This document shows, piece after piece, positions 45,284-57,139 of a stretch of DNA of 57,139 bases (within the stretch, counting starts at the first letter, position 1; each line of letters opens with the position of its first letter). Source of the DNA: Atractiella rhizophila (lineage: Eukaryota). The DNA lies in NCBI GenBank assembly GCA_021432655.1, contig MU271455.1:1-57139 (forward strand), given 5' to 3'. A program made the translations under genes and the position numbers. The notes beneath the pieces were generated by a model. That model did not search any database. It saw nothing but the letters and a program-made list of their open reading frames with translations, and had not been told where the DNA came from.

Positions 45284-47094
45284 ATGGCCTCCCACAACAG
45301 AACTCAGTCAATCTCTGATGGACCCATAAAAATCAGAAAGATTGCTTGCATTGGAGCTGGCTATGTCGGAGGTCCTACCTGCACTGTCATCGCGCATAAG
45401 TGTCCTCATATCACCGTATGTTCATCTTTCCCTGACCTTTCTAAGGGTTTGAAGTGGCATGAGACGCTGAAGCATAGTTGGGGATGTCAAGGTCACGATT
45501 GTCGACATCGATGCTCGAAGAATCAATGCCTGGAACGATCCAGACTTCAAACTCCCCATCTTCGAACCCGGACTTGAAGCCATTGTCCGTCAGACTCGAG
45601 GAAAGAATCTATTCTTCGATACCGACATCGACAAAGCGATCAAAGAGGCAGACCTCATCTTCGTCAGCGTTAACACCCCAACGAAAAAGAACGGTGTTGG
45701 AGCTGGCTACGCGGCAGATCTCACGTCGGTTTTTTGCACAGTCCGCTTCTGAAATAAATGAATGTAGCTGATTTGATGATGTCGGATTTTCAAGCTATGT
45801 TGAAGCCTGTACGCGAAGAATCGCCGCCGTCGCTCAATCCTCGAAGATCGTCGTCGAAAAGTCAACGGTTCCTGCTCGCACCGCTTCTTCCATGCGAACC
45901 ATCCTAGAGGCCAACTCTTCTTCATCTCTGAGATTCGACATCCTTTCCAACCCCGAATTCTTGGCCGAAGGGACTGCCATTCGCGATTTACTTGCTCCCG
46001 ACAGAGTCCTTATTGGTAGCCTCGACACCGTTGAAGGCCGGAACGCTTGCGAGAGCTTGAGTCAAGTTTATGAGAACTGGGTACCCAAGAAAAATGTCTT
46101 CAAGACTGGCTTGTGGAGCAGTGAGCTTTCAAAACTGGTACGTGTCTTTTTCACAGAAGTACATTCTGGCTAAGCGAGCATTGGATAGGCCGCAAATGCT
46201 CTCCTTGCTCAAAGGATTTCATCCATCAATGCTCTGTCTGCCATCTGCGAGTCTACCGGCGCAGATGTAGACGAAGTCGCTGCTGCTTGCGGTCTCGACT
46301 CTCGTATTGGCCCTAAGTTCTTGAAGGCCAGTGTCGGGTTCGGAGGAAGCTGTTTCCAAAAAGGATATCCTCAACCTTGTTTACTTGAGCGAGAGTTTGC
46401 ATCTCCCTGAGGTTGCAGCCTACTGGAAACAAGTTGGTACGCCTTGTCTCTCCGACGACTCCGATGTGGATAAGCTGATATTGTCATGACGTAGTTGAGA
46501 TGAACGAATACCAAAAGCGCCGGTTCTGTCATCGAGTCGTCTCCAAACTCTTCAACACTATCACCAACAAGAAGATCGCCGTCTTAGGTTTCGCTTTCAA
46601 GAAGGATACAGGAGACACGAGGGAGTCTGCAGCCATCACGCTCTGCAAGCACTTCATGGCTGAAGGAGCAAAGGTGTCAATTTACGATCCTAAGGTTCCT
46701 GAGCCTCAAATTTGGACCGACCTTGGAGTACCTGGAGACAAAGCAGGTCCGTAGCATATGTCATCTTTGCATCGCTCCATATTCTGACACGCTACCTGCA
46801 CACTAGAATCGAAAGTGACCATCTGCACCACTGCGATGGATGCTTGCCTTGGTTCGGAAGGAGTGATCATCGCGACAGAATGGGATGAGGTTCGAACTCG
46901 TTCACCTTTTTGGATTGTCCATAATGCTGACATGTATCATCTTGAAACAGTTCAAGACGCTGGACTGGGAAGCCATTTATAAGTCGATGAACAAGCCCGC
47001 CTTTGTTTTCGATGGCAGGTTGATCCTGGACGCCAAAAAGCTTACGAAGATCGGATTCCACGTCGAGACCATCGGACGAGGGAGCTCCTTCTAA
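45284..47094 (+). CDS. UGD1: UDP-glucose 6-dehydrogenase; apparent +1 homopolymer frameshift at ~46360
   Basis: Motifs '[13 protein letters not shown]', 'VVEKSTVP', '[13 protein letters not shown]', 'SELSKLAANA', '[10 protein letters not shown]' and '[15 protein letters not shown]'. Confidence 0.95.
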
Positions 47095-47544
47095 AACAGT
47101 TGTCCCCTTCCACAAATTACTCGCATAAACACAATAAACTACAGCAGGAAAAACTTTCCGTTCTCTACGTTTGAAGCATTACCTAGAACTATAACGCGTA
47201 GCATATTTCATCGATTCCATCAGAAAATACTTGGTTCCTCTCACTCACCCACCCTTACAGTACTTTCGCTATTTCACTAATCAATTCCGCTCCTTTGCTC
47301 TTTCACTTGTTATTACTTTACTTGGAGTAAGGATTTTGGGAACGTGGGTTGGTCTGTGGATGGCGTTTTGGGTGGTTGAGCTAGAAGTCGTAATAGATCA
47401 CATTTCCTTAGACAGCCTCCAATGTGCGAACTGTAGATCTAAAGCTTCAGAGCTTGGAACCATTCAGAGGTTTAGACTGAGCGGTACCATCTAATTTGCA
47501 AGCATCATGAGTAGTTGTAGTAAATAAATTAGCATGAAGGGTGT

Positions 47545-48343
47545 TCAATCCTCAACGATGTTATGCTCTCCTTTCCGTCCGTCCTTGACATCCGACCTCG
47601 AAGGGTCCGGGATGAGATCGCCTCGTTTATTCCTCTTCGCCTTGAAGAATGTATAGCTCAGAATTACGTCGTTCACATCTTTCACTGCCGGGTCGTCCAA
47701 CATGTCGCGATCGATAAAGAAGAACACTGGGAGATCGACTTCCTCTCCCGCCAGTAATCGTTGTTCTTCGAAACAGAAACATTCCACTTTAGCGAAATAC
47801 GGTGCAATCTGTGCGTACCTCAAATCAGGACTGCTCTTGTCGTTTTTGAGAAAAAAAAGATCAAGACTTCACCTTGTCAGGTGTGACGTTGTAGGTGGCA
47901 ATGCCAATGATGTCGTCCTCTCCCCAATTCTTCGCCCTAAAGAAAAGCTAGAGCAGTTTCCCCCGGTCTGACTTTCACCTCTTTCTGACTAGCGGTGAAT
48001 TTCCACTTGAGGGCATCACTCGAATCTGCATTTAAAACGAACAGAGATTCGCCTCTCACTTCCTTCCCTCGGAACAAGTTTGTCAGCCGCAAAACGCCCC
48101 TGGGACGTGATCGGTGTGCCACCAAATCCGGTGGCCGAGCAGAAGGCGCGATAGAGTGGAACGGCGNNNNNNNNNNNNNNNNNNNNNNNNNNNNNNNNNN
48201 NNNNNNNNNNNNNNNNNNNNNNNNNNNNNNNNNNNNNNNNNNNNNNNNNNNNNNNNNNNNNNNNNNNNNNNNNNNNNNNNNNNNNNNNNNNNNNNNNNNN
48301 NNNNNTTCCGCGAAAGTGTATTTTGAAGCTGCCTCAGGGACAT
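47545..48343 (-). CDS. COX11: Cytochrome c oxidase assembly copper chaperone Cox11 (contains an N gap and homopolymer errors)
   Basis: Motifs 'ICSATGFGGTP', 'V.PGETALAF', 'GIATYNVTP' and 'YFAKVECFCFEEQRL..EEVDLPVFFFID..LSYTFF'. Confidence 0.9.
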
Positions 48344-49431
48344 GGCTGCAATTGAGGACGAGCTTGAGGACGAGCTCAACTGAACTGTTTACTGAAAAAG
48401 ACAAATCGTCAATCACCATTATGAGATCCACGCAGACACAAGCTTCTAGGTTATTTGGTGATGGAATGTAGGCAGCGGCTCTTTGACAACAACCATTGCG
48501 TTCAAAACAGAGTATACGTTTTTGATCGTGGTCATTCCTAAATGCTCCAGTACCACAATATGTGCCTTGCAATGTAATATGGGATGCTTGGTTGTGAACG
48601 ATTGCATGCTAAGTGGAAGAGTGCCACTTTGGGATTCCCAAAGATGAACCATCAGAGCAATGGCTGAACACTACTGGTAAGCAATGATGGATGGTAAAAT
48701 CGGCGTGTCTTCCGAAGATTTTCTGGACAGCCAATCAGCTGGAAGATACGGAGAACGGTGGCTGAGACCAATAATCACGTTCTGTCTAGTGATAGAGTGG
48801 AGCAGCGTATTTGAAGAAAGGGTACACAAAAGTGACAGAGAAAGTTATCCTTTGGACCTTTGCTGAAGCTGGCTCAAGACTCTCGTGCTCAAAATCCAGC
48901 TCGAAGTCGTGATTCAGAAGGGAAACAACATAATAAGGACTCACTTATGCCCCCGATCCTTTTGTGACAATTTATCAGCCCACTCTTCCAGATTATCCTG
49001 CAACTGTTCGTATTCGAGTTTCTTCTCTTCTCACTTGAGAATAGCGGTCGGATTTGATACACAATAGATTCAAACCTTATCGGCTCCCCGGCTTTCTCGT
49101 CAACTTCTACACGGCAACCCCAATAACTGGCCGGAATCAAGACAACCGTTGGGGTATTTGTATCGTGCCAGGGGCAGCTGGGAGGAGCTCAGAGACATTA
49201 ATGGTATACAGTAGGAATTGATGCGAATCACTAGAATCTAGACTGGTGAGTTATGGATGTCCTTGCACTCTTTGGGGAATGTGGCAGGGCATGACGCTAA
49301 GCGACTCCATCATCATGCAGACGAATTTATTGGCCTCTGCTTTTCACCTGAAACCTCGCATATAAACGTACATCTGCCCGTTCTTTATATACGAATGGTA
49401 AACTGATTCTGACGCAGGAACGGAAAGAACC

Positions 49432-51505
49432 ATGTCTCCCGAATCTCAGCACGAAGAAGACTCGCCCCCATCCTCTCCCACCTCCCCAATCCCGAAAGCG
49501 GCGTCAGAACCTGCATACTCTGAACCTTCCTCCCCAGCGACCAAGAAGAAGACGCGCTTTCAGCTCAACTTCACCCCAATAACCTCAATCTATTCGTCTT
49601 CTTCCATTCCACCTTCACCACCTACAGATCCACCATCTCCATCAACCGAATTTCGTCGTTCGAAATCTTACCCTTGCATTCCAGAGGCTGAGGATGGAGC
49701 GAAGACTCCGAGTTTGGCCGAGACGTATGGGGAATTGAGGAGGACCCTGAGCTTGTTGCAGATGGGTGCTCTTCCTGTCGAAGAGCTAGGAAATCATGGC
49801 AAGCGGATGGTTTGGAGACGGAAAGGCGAGGGAGTCAAGAGACCGGCAGATTGGGATCAGTTGGTTGTCCACTCTGTTCGTGGCTTTCTGAGTGAGCATA
49901 CCTCTATCTGGTCTTAAACACACTGCTAAATTGCTGTCGCCGCGAAGGGAGTTTCTTCCTCGGAGTCTCTCTCAACTCTGCGATGGACGTGTTCCTCATC
50001 CTCGTGACTCTCATCGGACGCTCTAAAGGTCCTAAACCACGAGGATACTACCTTCAACTTTTCAAGCTCGTCGCGTTGAACTCCTTCCGGCTGGGTATGA
50101 CTCTGGGCGGTTTCTCCTGCATCTACCGTCTCTTCTCTCACGGTCTACGGCTTCTCGACTCGAAGGAAAGGGAGAAGCTCTGGCATCATTCAGTAGCCGG
50201 TTTCGCCGCTGGGTTAGCCGTCTTCTTCGAGAGGCGGGATAGGAGAGTGGCCATTGGAGAGCAAGTCCTACTGAGAGGATTTCAAGGAGTATTCAATTCC
50301 TTGGACTCGCAGGGAAGATGGAGGCTGCCTAATGGAGCAGTTTGGCTATTCGGACTGAGTTGTGGTCAAATCGTTCGTACTGCCCCAATTCGAGGAAGGA
50401 AAGCTGAACAGAGCTAGATGTATGCTTGGATTGTGTCCAATGAGAATTTGGCAAGGGGTTACAGTCATTGGATTGCACGAGCATCTAATGGTCCCCTTCC
50501 CGCTTCTAAAGTCGTGGGAGATCGAATGCGGTACGGCAAGTTTGAAGTTGATGAAGTCTACGCTGTCAGTTTGCTTGGCTAGATCGTTTCACGAATGCTA
50601 ACTGAGATATAGAGCTTGAACTGGCCAGGTATTACTCCCAAGAACAAGGCTATCCTTGAGGATATGATTGTCAAAGCGAAGGATGGAGATTATGGACATT
50701 ACACACTAAATCAGTACGTTTTCTTGACGCGAGACTAGAATTCAGCTGACTTTGTTTCTAAGCGCATTAATGCATCCGGCTTCAGATTCTTGTGTTCAGT
50801 ATGCAGTCTTTTGCTTTATTCTACCGCAACTAATAGGTCACATTTCAGTGCAAACTTGGATCGCTTCAAGAGCGTCGCGCAGTGGTCATTCCCTGTCTAT
50901 GCCTCTCTGCACTTCATCCCGCCCATCTTGCTCCGAAGGAAAGCATTCCTTAAAGATCCGATGCACTTCCTCTGGCGGTCTCTGAAGGGCAGTATTCGGT
51001 CGTCATCCTTCCTAGGCGGTTTTTGCGCCGTATACATCGGTCTTTACTGCTCCCGAATAGGCGTGACACAGTCGGATTATTTCAAGAACCTCCCTACCAT
51101 TGTCCAGAGGTTTTTCACAGCGAAACTTTATTGGTGGTTCTGTGGTTCGTCCTTCAGCTTTGAATGATGTATGACGGGCAAGTAATTGATGGATGGAACA
51201 GGTTTCTGCACTTGCTTCGCTCTCTTCTTTGAAGAAAAGAAGCGACGGGCTGAACTGGCGATGTATGTCATTCCGAAAGCGATGGAGTCGGCGTGGAGCA
51301 TGGCGAGGAGAAAGCGTTATGTACCTTTCGTGCCAGGTGGAGAGGTCATTCTTTCTAGGTAAAGTCTTTCCTCTCCCATTCCTATCTGTCCTGACAATCT
51401 GGCAGTATCGGCATGTCGTTGATCATGTCGGTTTATAAGATGGATCCCAAACAACTTTCCAGTTTGGTCGTGACAACGGTTTACCAGCTGGTCGGTCCAA
51501 CCTGA
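49432..51505 (+). CDS. TMEM135/Pxmp4-like membrane protein
   Basis: Motifs 'SVAGFAAGLAVFFE..DRR', 'LFGLSCGQI.YAW', 'PVYASLHFIP', 'RSSSFLG' and 'EEKKRRAELAMYVIPKAMESAW'. Confidence 0.8.
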
Positions 51506-52007
51506 AGCGAAGTTTCATTTTTTGATGAATATGTTTATATACACCTTGAATGTCAAATTATATATACCCTTCAGTGTAATGGTTCAGCGATTGCCTGCTT
51601 CTTGAAGGGATCTGCAGTTTGAAAGGCGAATGAGGGAGTAAGACTAATGCTATTTCAGAATATGTGCATGGCACAGAGCCCGCTCGAACATCGAATCCCG
51701 AAGAACTGACTACCGAGTCTACACCACCTTCTATAAAGCGATAATTCAAAGAAAGGACTGAGGACATAATGCATTATGGTCATTGGTTCTTTGGGGCGTA
51801 AGATGCATGAGGCCGTTGCAATGGTGAACTTGAACTGATGCTGCTGAAGAAGAAACGAATTCCGGAGTGTTTGATGGATGTACTGATAAACAATTACGAG
51901 TTGATCTATGGTCGCGCAGGACGGCATGAAAACCGAAAAATCTGATCCGCTCTCTTCAGTAAGGTAGAAACCGCGAAGAAAATACGTACTATAACATGGA
52001 TGTTCGA

Positions 52008-54386
52008 CTATGACGTAGATTTCTCCTTTTCCCCTTCAAACATTTCTGAAAACCCACGTTCTTTACCCAAAGAAATAATGCCTTGCATCAGATCGTCCGG
52101 TTCACCTTTAACGAAGTTTCGGCCATCCAGGATAAAACTATCCGATTTCGAGGATGAAGGGAACGGAACTGCGTCCATTTGTGTTCGTTCAAAATCAAGC
52201 ATGAGAGTTGGAGGGAGATGTGGAACAGCCGTGCGGTCAGGATTGAGGAGGTTGTAATCCGTGTGTGAGCGCGAGGGTACGGCTCGTCCCTTCTTTTTGG
52301 AAGAGGACGAAACATCCAATGCACTGGCGGATCGGGGAGCATCAAAGAAGACCATGCTGCGCTTTTTCGATGGCTTGGACTTTGGAGTCAAAGGAAGTGA
52401 ATGGGCTGAAGAGACGGAGAGCATAGAGACCGGTCGCTCATTATTCGACTGAGCCCGCCGGCGCGGGGAAGGGATGGCGAGGGAAGGGAGCGAGTCATCC
52501 TTCTGTGTTCCTATCCATGAGAGGGGAGACGGCTTGTGCTTCCGCTTGAGTGAGGCGTCAGGAGAAAGCAAGTCGCTCTTCACATCATCAGGTAAACTCG
52601 AGGTCCCACTGATGGGAGTGATGGATGAATCTTCTGACGAGCCACGTTCGTTGTGAGAAAGAATAGGAGAAGGTGGAACAGTCGAGAAGGTAGAAGCTGA
52701 GGGCATGCGAGCGATTGGAGTTCTGAGTTGCGTTGCAGAGGGAGAAATCGGGGCACTGATTGTCCTTTCTCGTGGAGAGCGCATATTTGGCTGCACATCG
52801 AGAGATGACACGGGTGGCATGGGAGGAAGTGGTGGCACGGCAGGCAAGCTCTTTTCTTGGTTCTCTGCCGAGGCTGAGCGACCGAAAGAGAACCATCTCG
52901 TGCGCTTCGGCCTGGTAGGAGCTGAGACGTCTTTGGTTTCGACCGAGGAGGCTGAGGAAGCAATGGATGGTGTTCTCTCCTTCTCAAATATCGGCGCGAT
53001 CCTAGGAGTATTGATCTCTGATTCCTTCTCCCTCTCCCTCTCCATCCCAATCAGTCTATCCTTCAGTAGCAATATCTCCCGTTCCAATTCGTCTATCCGG
53101 GTCTGCAATCCCTCTTTCTCCTCCGCCCTCTCCTGCCTTTCTTTCGCAACCATGTTATTCGCCTCCTCAAATAAAACAGCTGACAAATTCTCCACTTCCT
53201 CCTGCAACGCCTGATGGTTCTTCACCAACTCCTCATTCTCCTTCCGCACCTTCTCATTCGATATACTTAAAGTAACATTATCCGAATTGAGCGTGGAGTT
53301 GCTCGCTTCGAGTTCCTGAATACGCAGAGAAAGTTGTTCGAGATTGTTTGTGAGTTGCACGATGCGTGCTGACTCGCCAGACAGAGGAGTGAGATCGCTG
53401 TAGGTCCTCATCCCATTCAAATGCATTTGAGGCATACTGTGTTCCGAGCCAGAGCTGGTCGGCGTGAGAGGCATGTACGAGTCCAGCCTCGCTCCCTTAC
53501 CACTCGGCGGTGTCGGAATCCCAGGGAAAAAAATGGTGGTAGTGCTCGGTAACGGTGGAGTCTGATTTGGAGTTGAGCCATTCGACGAATTCTTCTTCTT
53601 CCCACCAAGCCTCCAGAACCTTGACCCTGTTTGTTGCTCCGGCTTAGTCTCCTCCACCCTCTCAACCGCTAAATCCTCTTCCTCGATCTTCGGGGAGTGA
53701 AAACCGTTGTTAAACATCGGAGTAGAAAGCGTCGATGACCACCCGGATGTGTTCGAGTTGGTACGACGATGTGATCCTGCAGAACCAGGATAGTGCTCGT
53801 GGCGAGAGGTAGAAGAAGACTCCCTCCTACGCCGCAGCGCCTCTTCAAGTGCCTCTGCATTGGCTTCTGCAAGGACAAGGTTGGATTGGGCAATCTTGAG
53901 CTCCGCTTGGATGTCTTCCTGGAGCGCAAGCGAAGAGGAAAGCTGGTCCGACTAGTAACAACATATGCAAAAAAAAGAATATTGAGCTCCATTCCCACCA
54001 CATTCACAAGCCTGATGGGAAGGACGCACCAACTTTTCCACTAAGCTCACCAACCTCTGTACAGTACCCACTGCCTCCCTCTCCTTCCCCTTCCTACTCC
54101 TTCTCCTCCCTACAGTCGCCTCTCCTTCCCTCTCTTCTGCTTCAGTTTCGTCCTCGCTGTCAGAGGATGACATCCTCAAAAAGTGTCTTGCAAATTCCAG
54201 ATCCACCCCAGGTAATTTCCTCTCCAGGTCCCCATGAACCACAAGCAAGTCGTCGTGCGTAAGCTCGTGTCCGCAAGAAGGGCATTTCGGCAATCGTGCT
54301 CGACTGACACTCGACGTAGAAAACGAGGACTCAGTCGTGTGGAAAGAGGACGAGGTGCTGGTGAGGGGAGGAGTCTCGATTGACAT
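52008..54386 (-). CDS. Sec2-like Rab GEF coiled-coil domain protein
   Basis: The Sec2 signature 'LQEEVENLSAVLFEEANNMVAKER' sits within a coiled coil. The long ORF 52008..53717 has an upstream exon starting at 54386. Confidence 0.75.
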
Positions 54387-54866
54387 TTCCTTGTCTTGGT
54401 TGAAAGAGCGTGTTGTGTATGGATCCTACGTGAAATCTGACAGTTGGACAGTGGATAGGAGCTATTACCGAAAAGGCTGAAGAGATGAAGAGATGTTGTC
54501 GAAGAAGGCACTTCGGTGGAAGCTTCTCCTGCCCGCGCGTGGTCACGACACGAGCTTTCATTGACTTTCATCAGGTCACTTTGGCTCACACCTCTTTCAG
54601 TCTGCCTAAACCCATGAGATAATCAGGAGGCTCATTACTCCATGCAATTCGGTCTATATTGAGCATATTGATACAGCTCCGAGTCCACAACTTAAAAAGA
54701 AATGGGGATGTCGACATATCTTGGTCTTAGTCGAATACAGATACTACATAAACCGCTCCGTTTGAGCACAGAGGACGAGGAGGGGTGATAGAAGGCACTG
54801 GACGCGATGGTACAATGAGAATGTGTCAATGAGGCAACCAGAATTGAACTTGAGGGCGAACTCCAC

Positions 54867-55454
54867 TCAGTTCTTCTGCAGCCCTTTCCTTGAACTAGTC
54901 ACAATCTCCACCGCCTTCTTGATTATCTCCCTGTCGTTCTCCAGAGATGCAGTCTCAAGCACTTTAACGGGATCAAACCATTCGACTTTGTCGATCGTCT
55001 CATAAGCCATCCTGGTGTCCTCTTCTCTCTTGCCAGATTCCTCAACTTGTCCGAGGAACCAAAATACGAGTTTCGTCTCTCCCTCCTGATACCGTCGAAT
55101 CTGGACAGAAAAAGGCTCTATACACCCTTCCGATAAACGAGGTTTCGATTCGAACGTCGCGTTTGGGTCCTCGTTCACAGGCGTAGAGCGCGTTAGAAAA
55201 GTGGAAGGGAGGGGAGAAACGCGATAGCCACTCTCTTCGTACGATTCGCGTAATGCTGCGTCGAGTAGAGCTTCACCCTCGTTCTTCCGTCCTTTTGGGA
55301 GAAGCCACTGGTCTCGACTCGCATCGTGCAGAAGGCAAACTTCTATTGGAGAAGAGGTGGGTTTGGCAGGAAACCGGAACATGATGCATCCACATGAGAT
55401 TACAAAGGAGTCGGAGAAGTGTTGGGTTGCCTGATAATGCGATGGAAGTGCCAT
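54867..55454 (-). CDS. Nudix hydrolase (intronless)
   Basis: Nudix box 'LPKGRKNEGEALLDAALRESYEESGY'. Confidence 0.88.
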   Translation of the reverse strand: MALPSHYQATQHFSDSFVISCGCIMFRFPAKPTSSPIEVCLLHDASRDQWLLPKGRKNEGEALLDAALRESYEESGYRVSPLPSTFLTRSTPVNEDPNATFESKPRLSEGCIEPFSVQIRRYQEGETKLVFWFLGQVEESGKREEDTRMAYETIDKVEWFDPVKVLETASLENDREIIKKAVEIVTSSRKGLQKN

Positions 55455-55706
55455 TGTATCCTTCTACTTTATAAGTCCTTGTTCAACAGATCAGCTTTCG
55501 AAAGCTGCAGACAGTGTGGAGAAACCGTACACTGAAAACTCAATACTGACAAGGCAGTGTCCAGTTATAAGTTAGCGATGCGTTACGATACCTCTTCTCA
55601 GTCGTTTCTAATATTCCAGCCTTTTCGTGTTCGCAGTTCGTGAACTTACTTGCTGATGAGTCACGTGCTTAGAGTCATCCAGAAGTCAAGTTCCGTCTCT
55701 TTCAAA

Positions 55707-56213
55707 ATGTCTCTGCCGCTTCCGCGACGTCCACTCCCAGGGTGCGTTTCCTGCAGCTCATCTAACATATATGTGATTGCTTATACAGCTCTGAAAAATA
55801 CGCTCTTCACGACAAGATCCGTCGTCGTCCTGTCCTCCTCTTCGGTGTTCCTTTCGTCGTGTCCATTGTCGGCATCTCTTTCCTGCTTTCAACCCTAACA
55901 AAGACGAGGTATGAGTATAACGAGACGAAGATACAAAATCTGAGTAAGGAGGAAGAGTTGGGGTTGGACATGAAGAAAAGAAAAGTGGATCTTAGGGAAG
56001 AGTACTTTGTGCGTCATTTTCTTCGTGATTCTCCTCTCTTTTTCTGAAACATTTTGGCATTTATTTCGATACGTACGCTTACAGCGGCTTATGTCGTCTA
56101 AAGATATGGACAATTGGGACAATAAGCGAATATCGAGACTGCCTGGACAAGGGGAGTGGGGCGAGCTTCCTCCCGAGAAGAGAGAGCCTGAACCACCCCC
56201 GAGGATGGTGTGA
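55707..56213 (+). CDS. COX16: Cytochrome c oxidase assembly protein Cox16
   Basis: Spliced sequence 'RRPVLLFGVPFVVSIVGISFLLSTLTKTRYE...RKVDLREEYF/RL...DNWDNKRISRL'. Confidence 0.85.
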
Positions 56214-57139
56214 TGCTTCTCCCGATGTATTTATTTCATTCTGCTGAGGCGTGGTCACCGTTCCTTGGTCTATGACAATATCCCTCGAAGCAGCGCCTCA
56301 AGTACTCATGTCGAAGAACATCGCGCAGGATATAACAAAGCTGTGACGCTTCAAAGTTCTAGGACCTTTGTTCTTTTGAACTCTGTTCTATCATAGGAGT
56401 GCCTGGTGAAGCTGGAACATATCACGAGCACTCTTACATGGTTGCAGTCTTGATGCGGTTGCGGACAATGGACTGTTCCCGCAGCCAGAACCAACTCCAA
56501 CAAATACTAGGCTACGGCTACGCTCAGCATATGCTGCACTAAGTGGCTGAACGCATACTGGTAGGACTATTGAAGACTACTACATAGAATTGCAGAGGAG
56601 CAGAAGGACTGAAAAAAAGTTGCCCACACAACATTAACGAAGACAGCGATAGCTATATAGACAACGCGGAAGTCATGAATGGACTGGACTGGTTAGACGA
56701 CCATTTAAACCACAATCTAAACCAAATTATTATATCCTTCTTCGTAACTAAGAAAACAAATCGCTCAACAGACTCCAAGGAGGAGAAGTCTGATAGAAGG
56801 AAGGCAGAAGTAGTCAGGTAGTTCGCTAACCATGCAATAAAGACAATTGAGAATCTTGAGGTGTACGGCGGTGTACGGTGCTTGAATCAATGTACGAAAT
56901 TACTTTCTTATTAGTCTGTTTGTTTAGGATGGAAAGAATGCTTGATGAAACAATGACAAAACGATATCATGCGAGGAGAAGGACGAAAATTTGATGTTTA
57001 TTCGATGCCGATTGAGCGATAATCACTATTCCCATGTAAGACTTGTCAGCTGGCTTCGTTCACCAGAAGCGCGACCTTACATGACCGGTCCAAGCCCGAG
57101 TCCTCTCGACGAGGTAAAAGATCCTAGATCCATGTTTGC

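Noticed and set aside
56214..57139. Possible minus-strand exons at the window end
   Set aside because: Only short fragments, with no ORF of 60 aa or more and no recognisable motif.

Overview
Gene-dense, intron-rich fungal nuclear DNA with short GT-AG introns of about 50-60 nt; the gene content looks basidiomycete-like (inference). It holds about 22 protein-coding genes, mostly housekeeping: a PH-domain protein end, mitochondrial GatA, a CDF transporter, condensin Cnd1/Ycs4, Sec62, a Rap1-like protein, a Gbp2/Hrb1-like RRM protein, Sdh4, glyoxalase II, H2B-H2A plus a second H2B, a kelch protein, Lsm8, UDP-glucose dehydrogenase, Cox11, a TMEM135-like protein, a Sec2-like GEF, a Nudix hydrolase and Cox16. 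The standout is a stand-alone flavin-dependent halogenase (15729-21152). All its catalytic motifs are intact, and its C-terminal subdomain is split by an insert of about 1,070 aa made of about 20 Tyr/Lys-rich 36-47 aa tandem repeats plus a degenerate tail. This is a candidate enzyme fused to its own peptide substrate (borosin-like logic), which is inference only. The assembly shows artefacts: tandemly placed diverged copies that are probably haplotypes, N gaps, homopolymer frameshifts and one garbled repeat unit.
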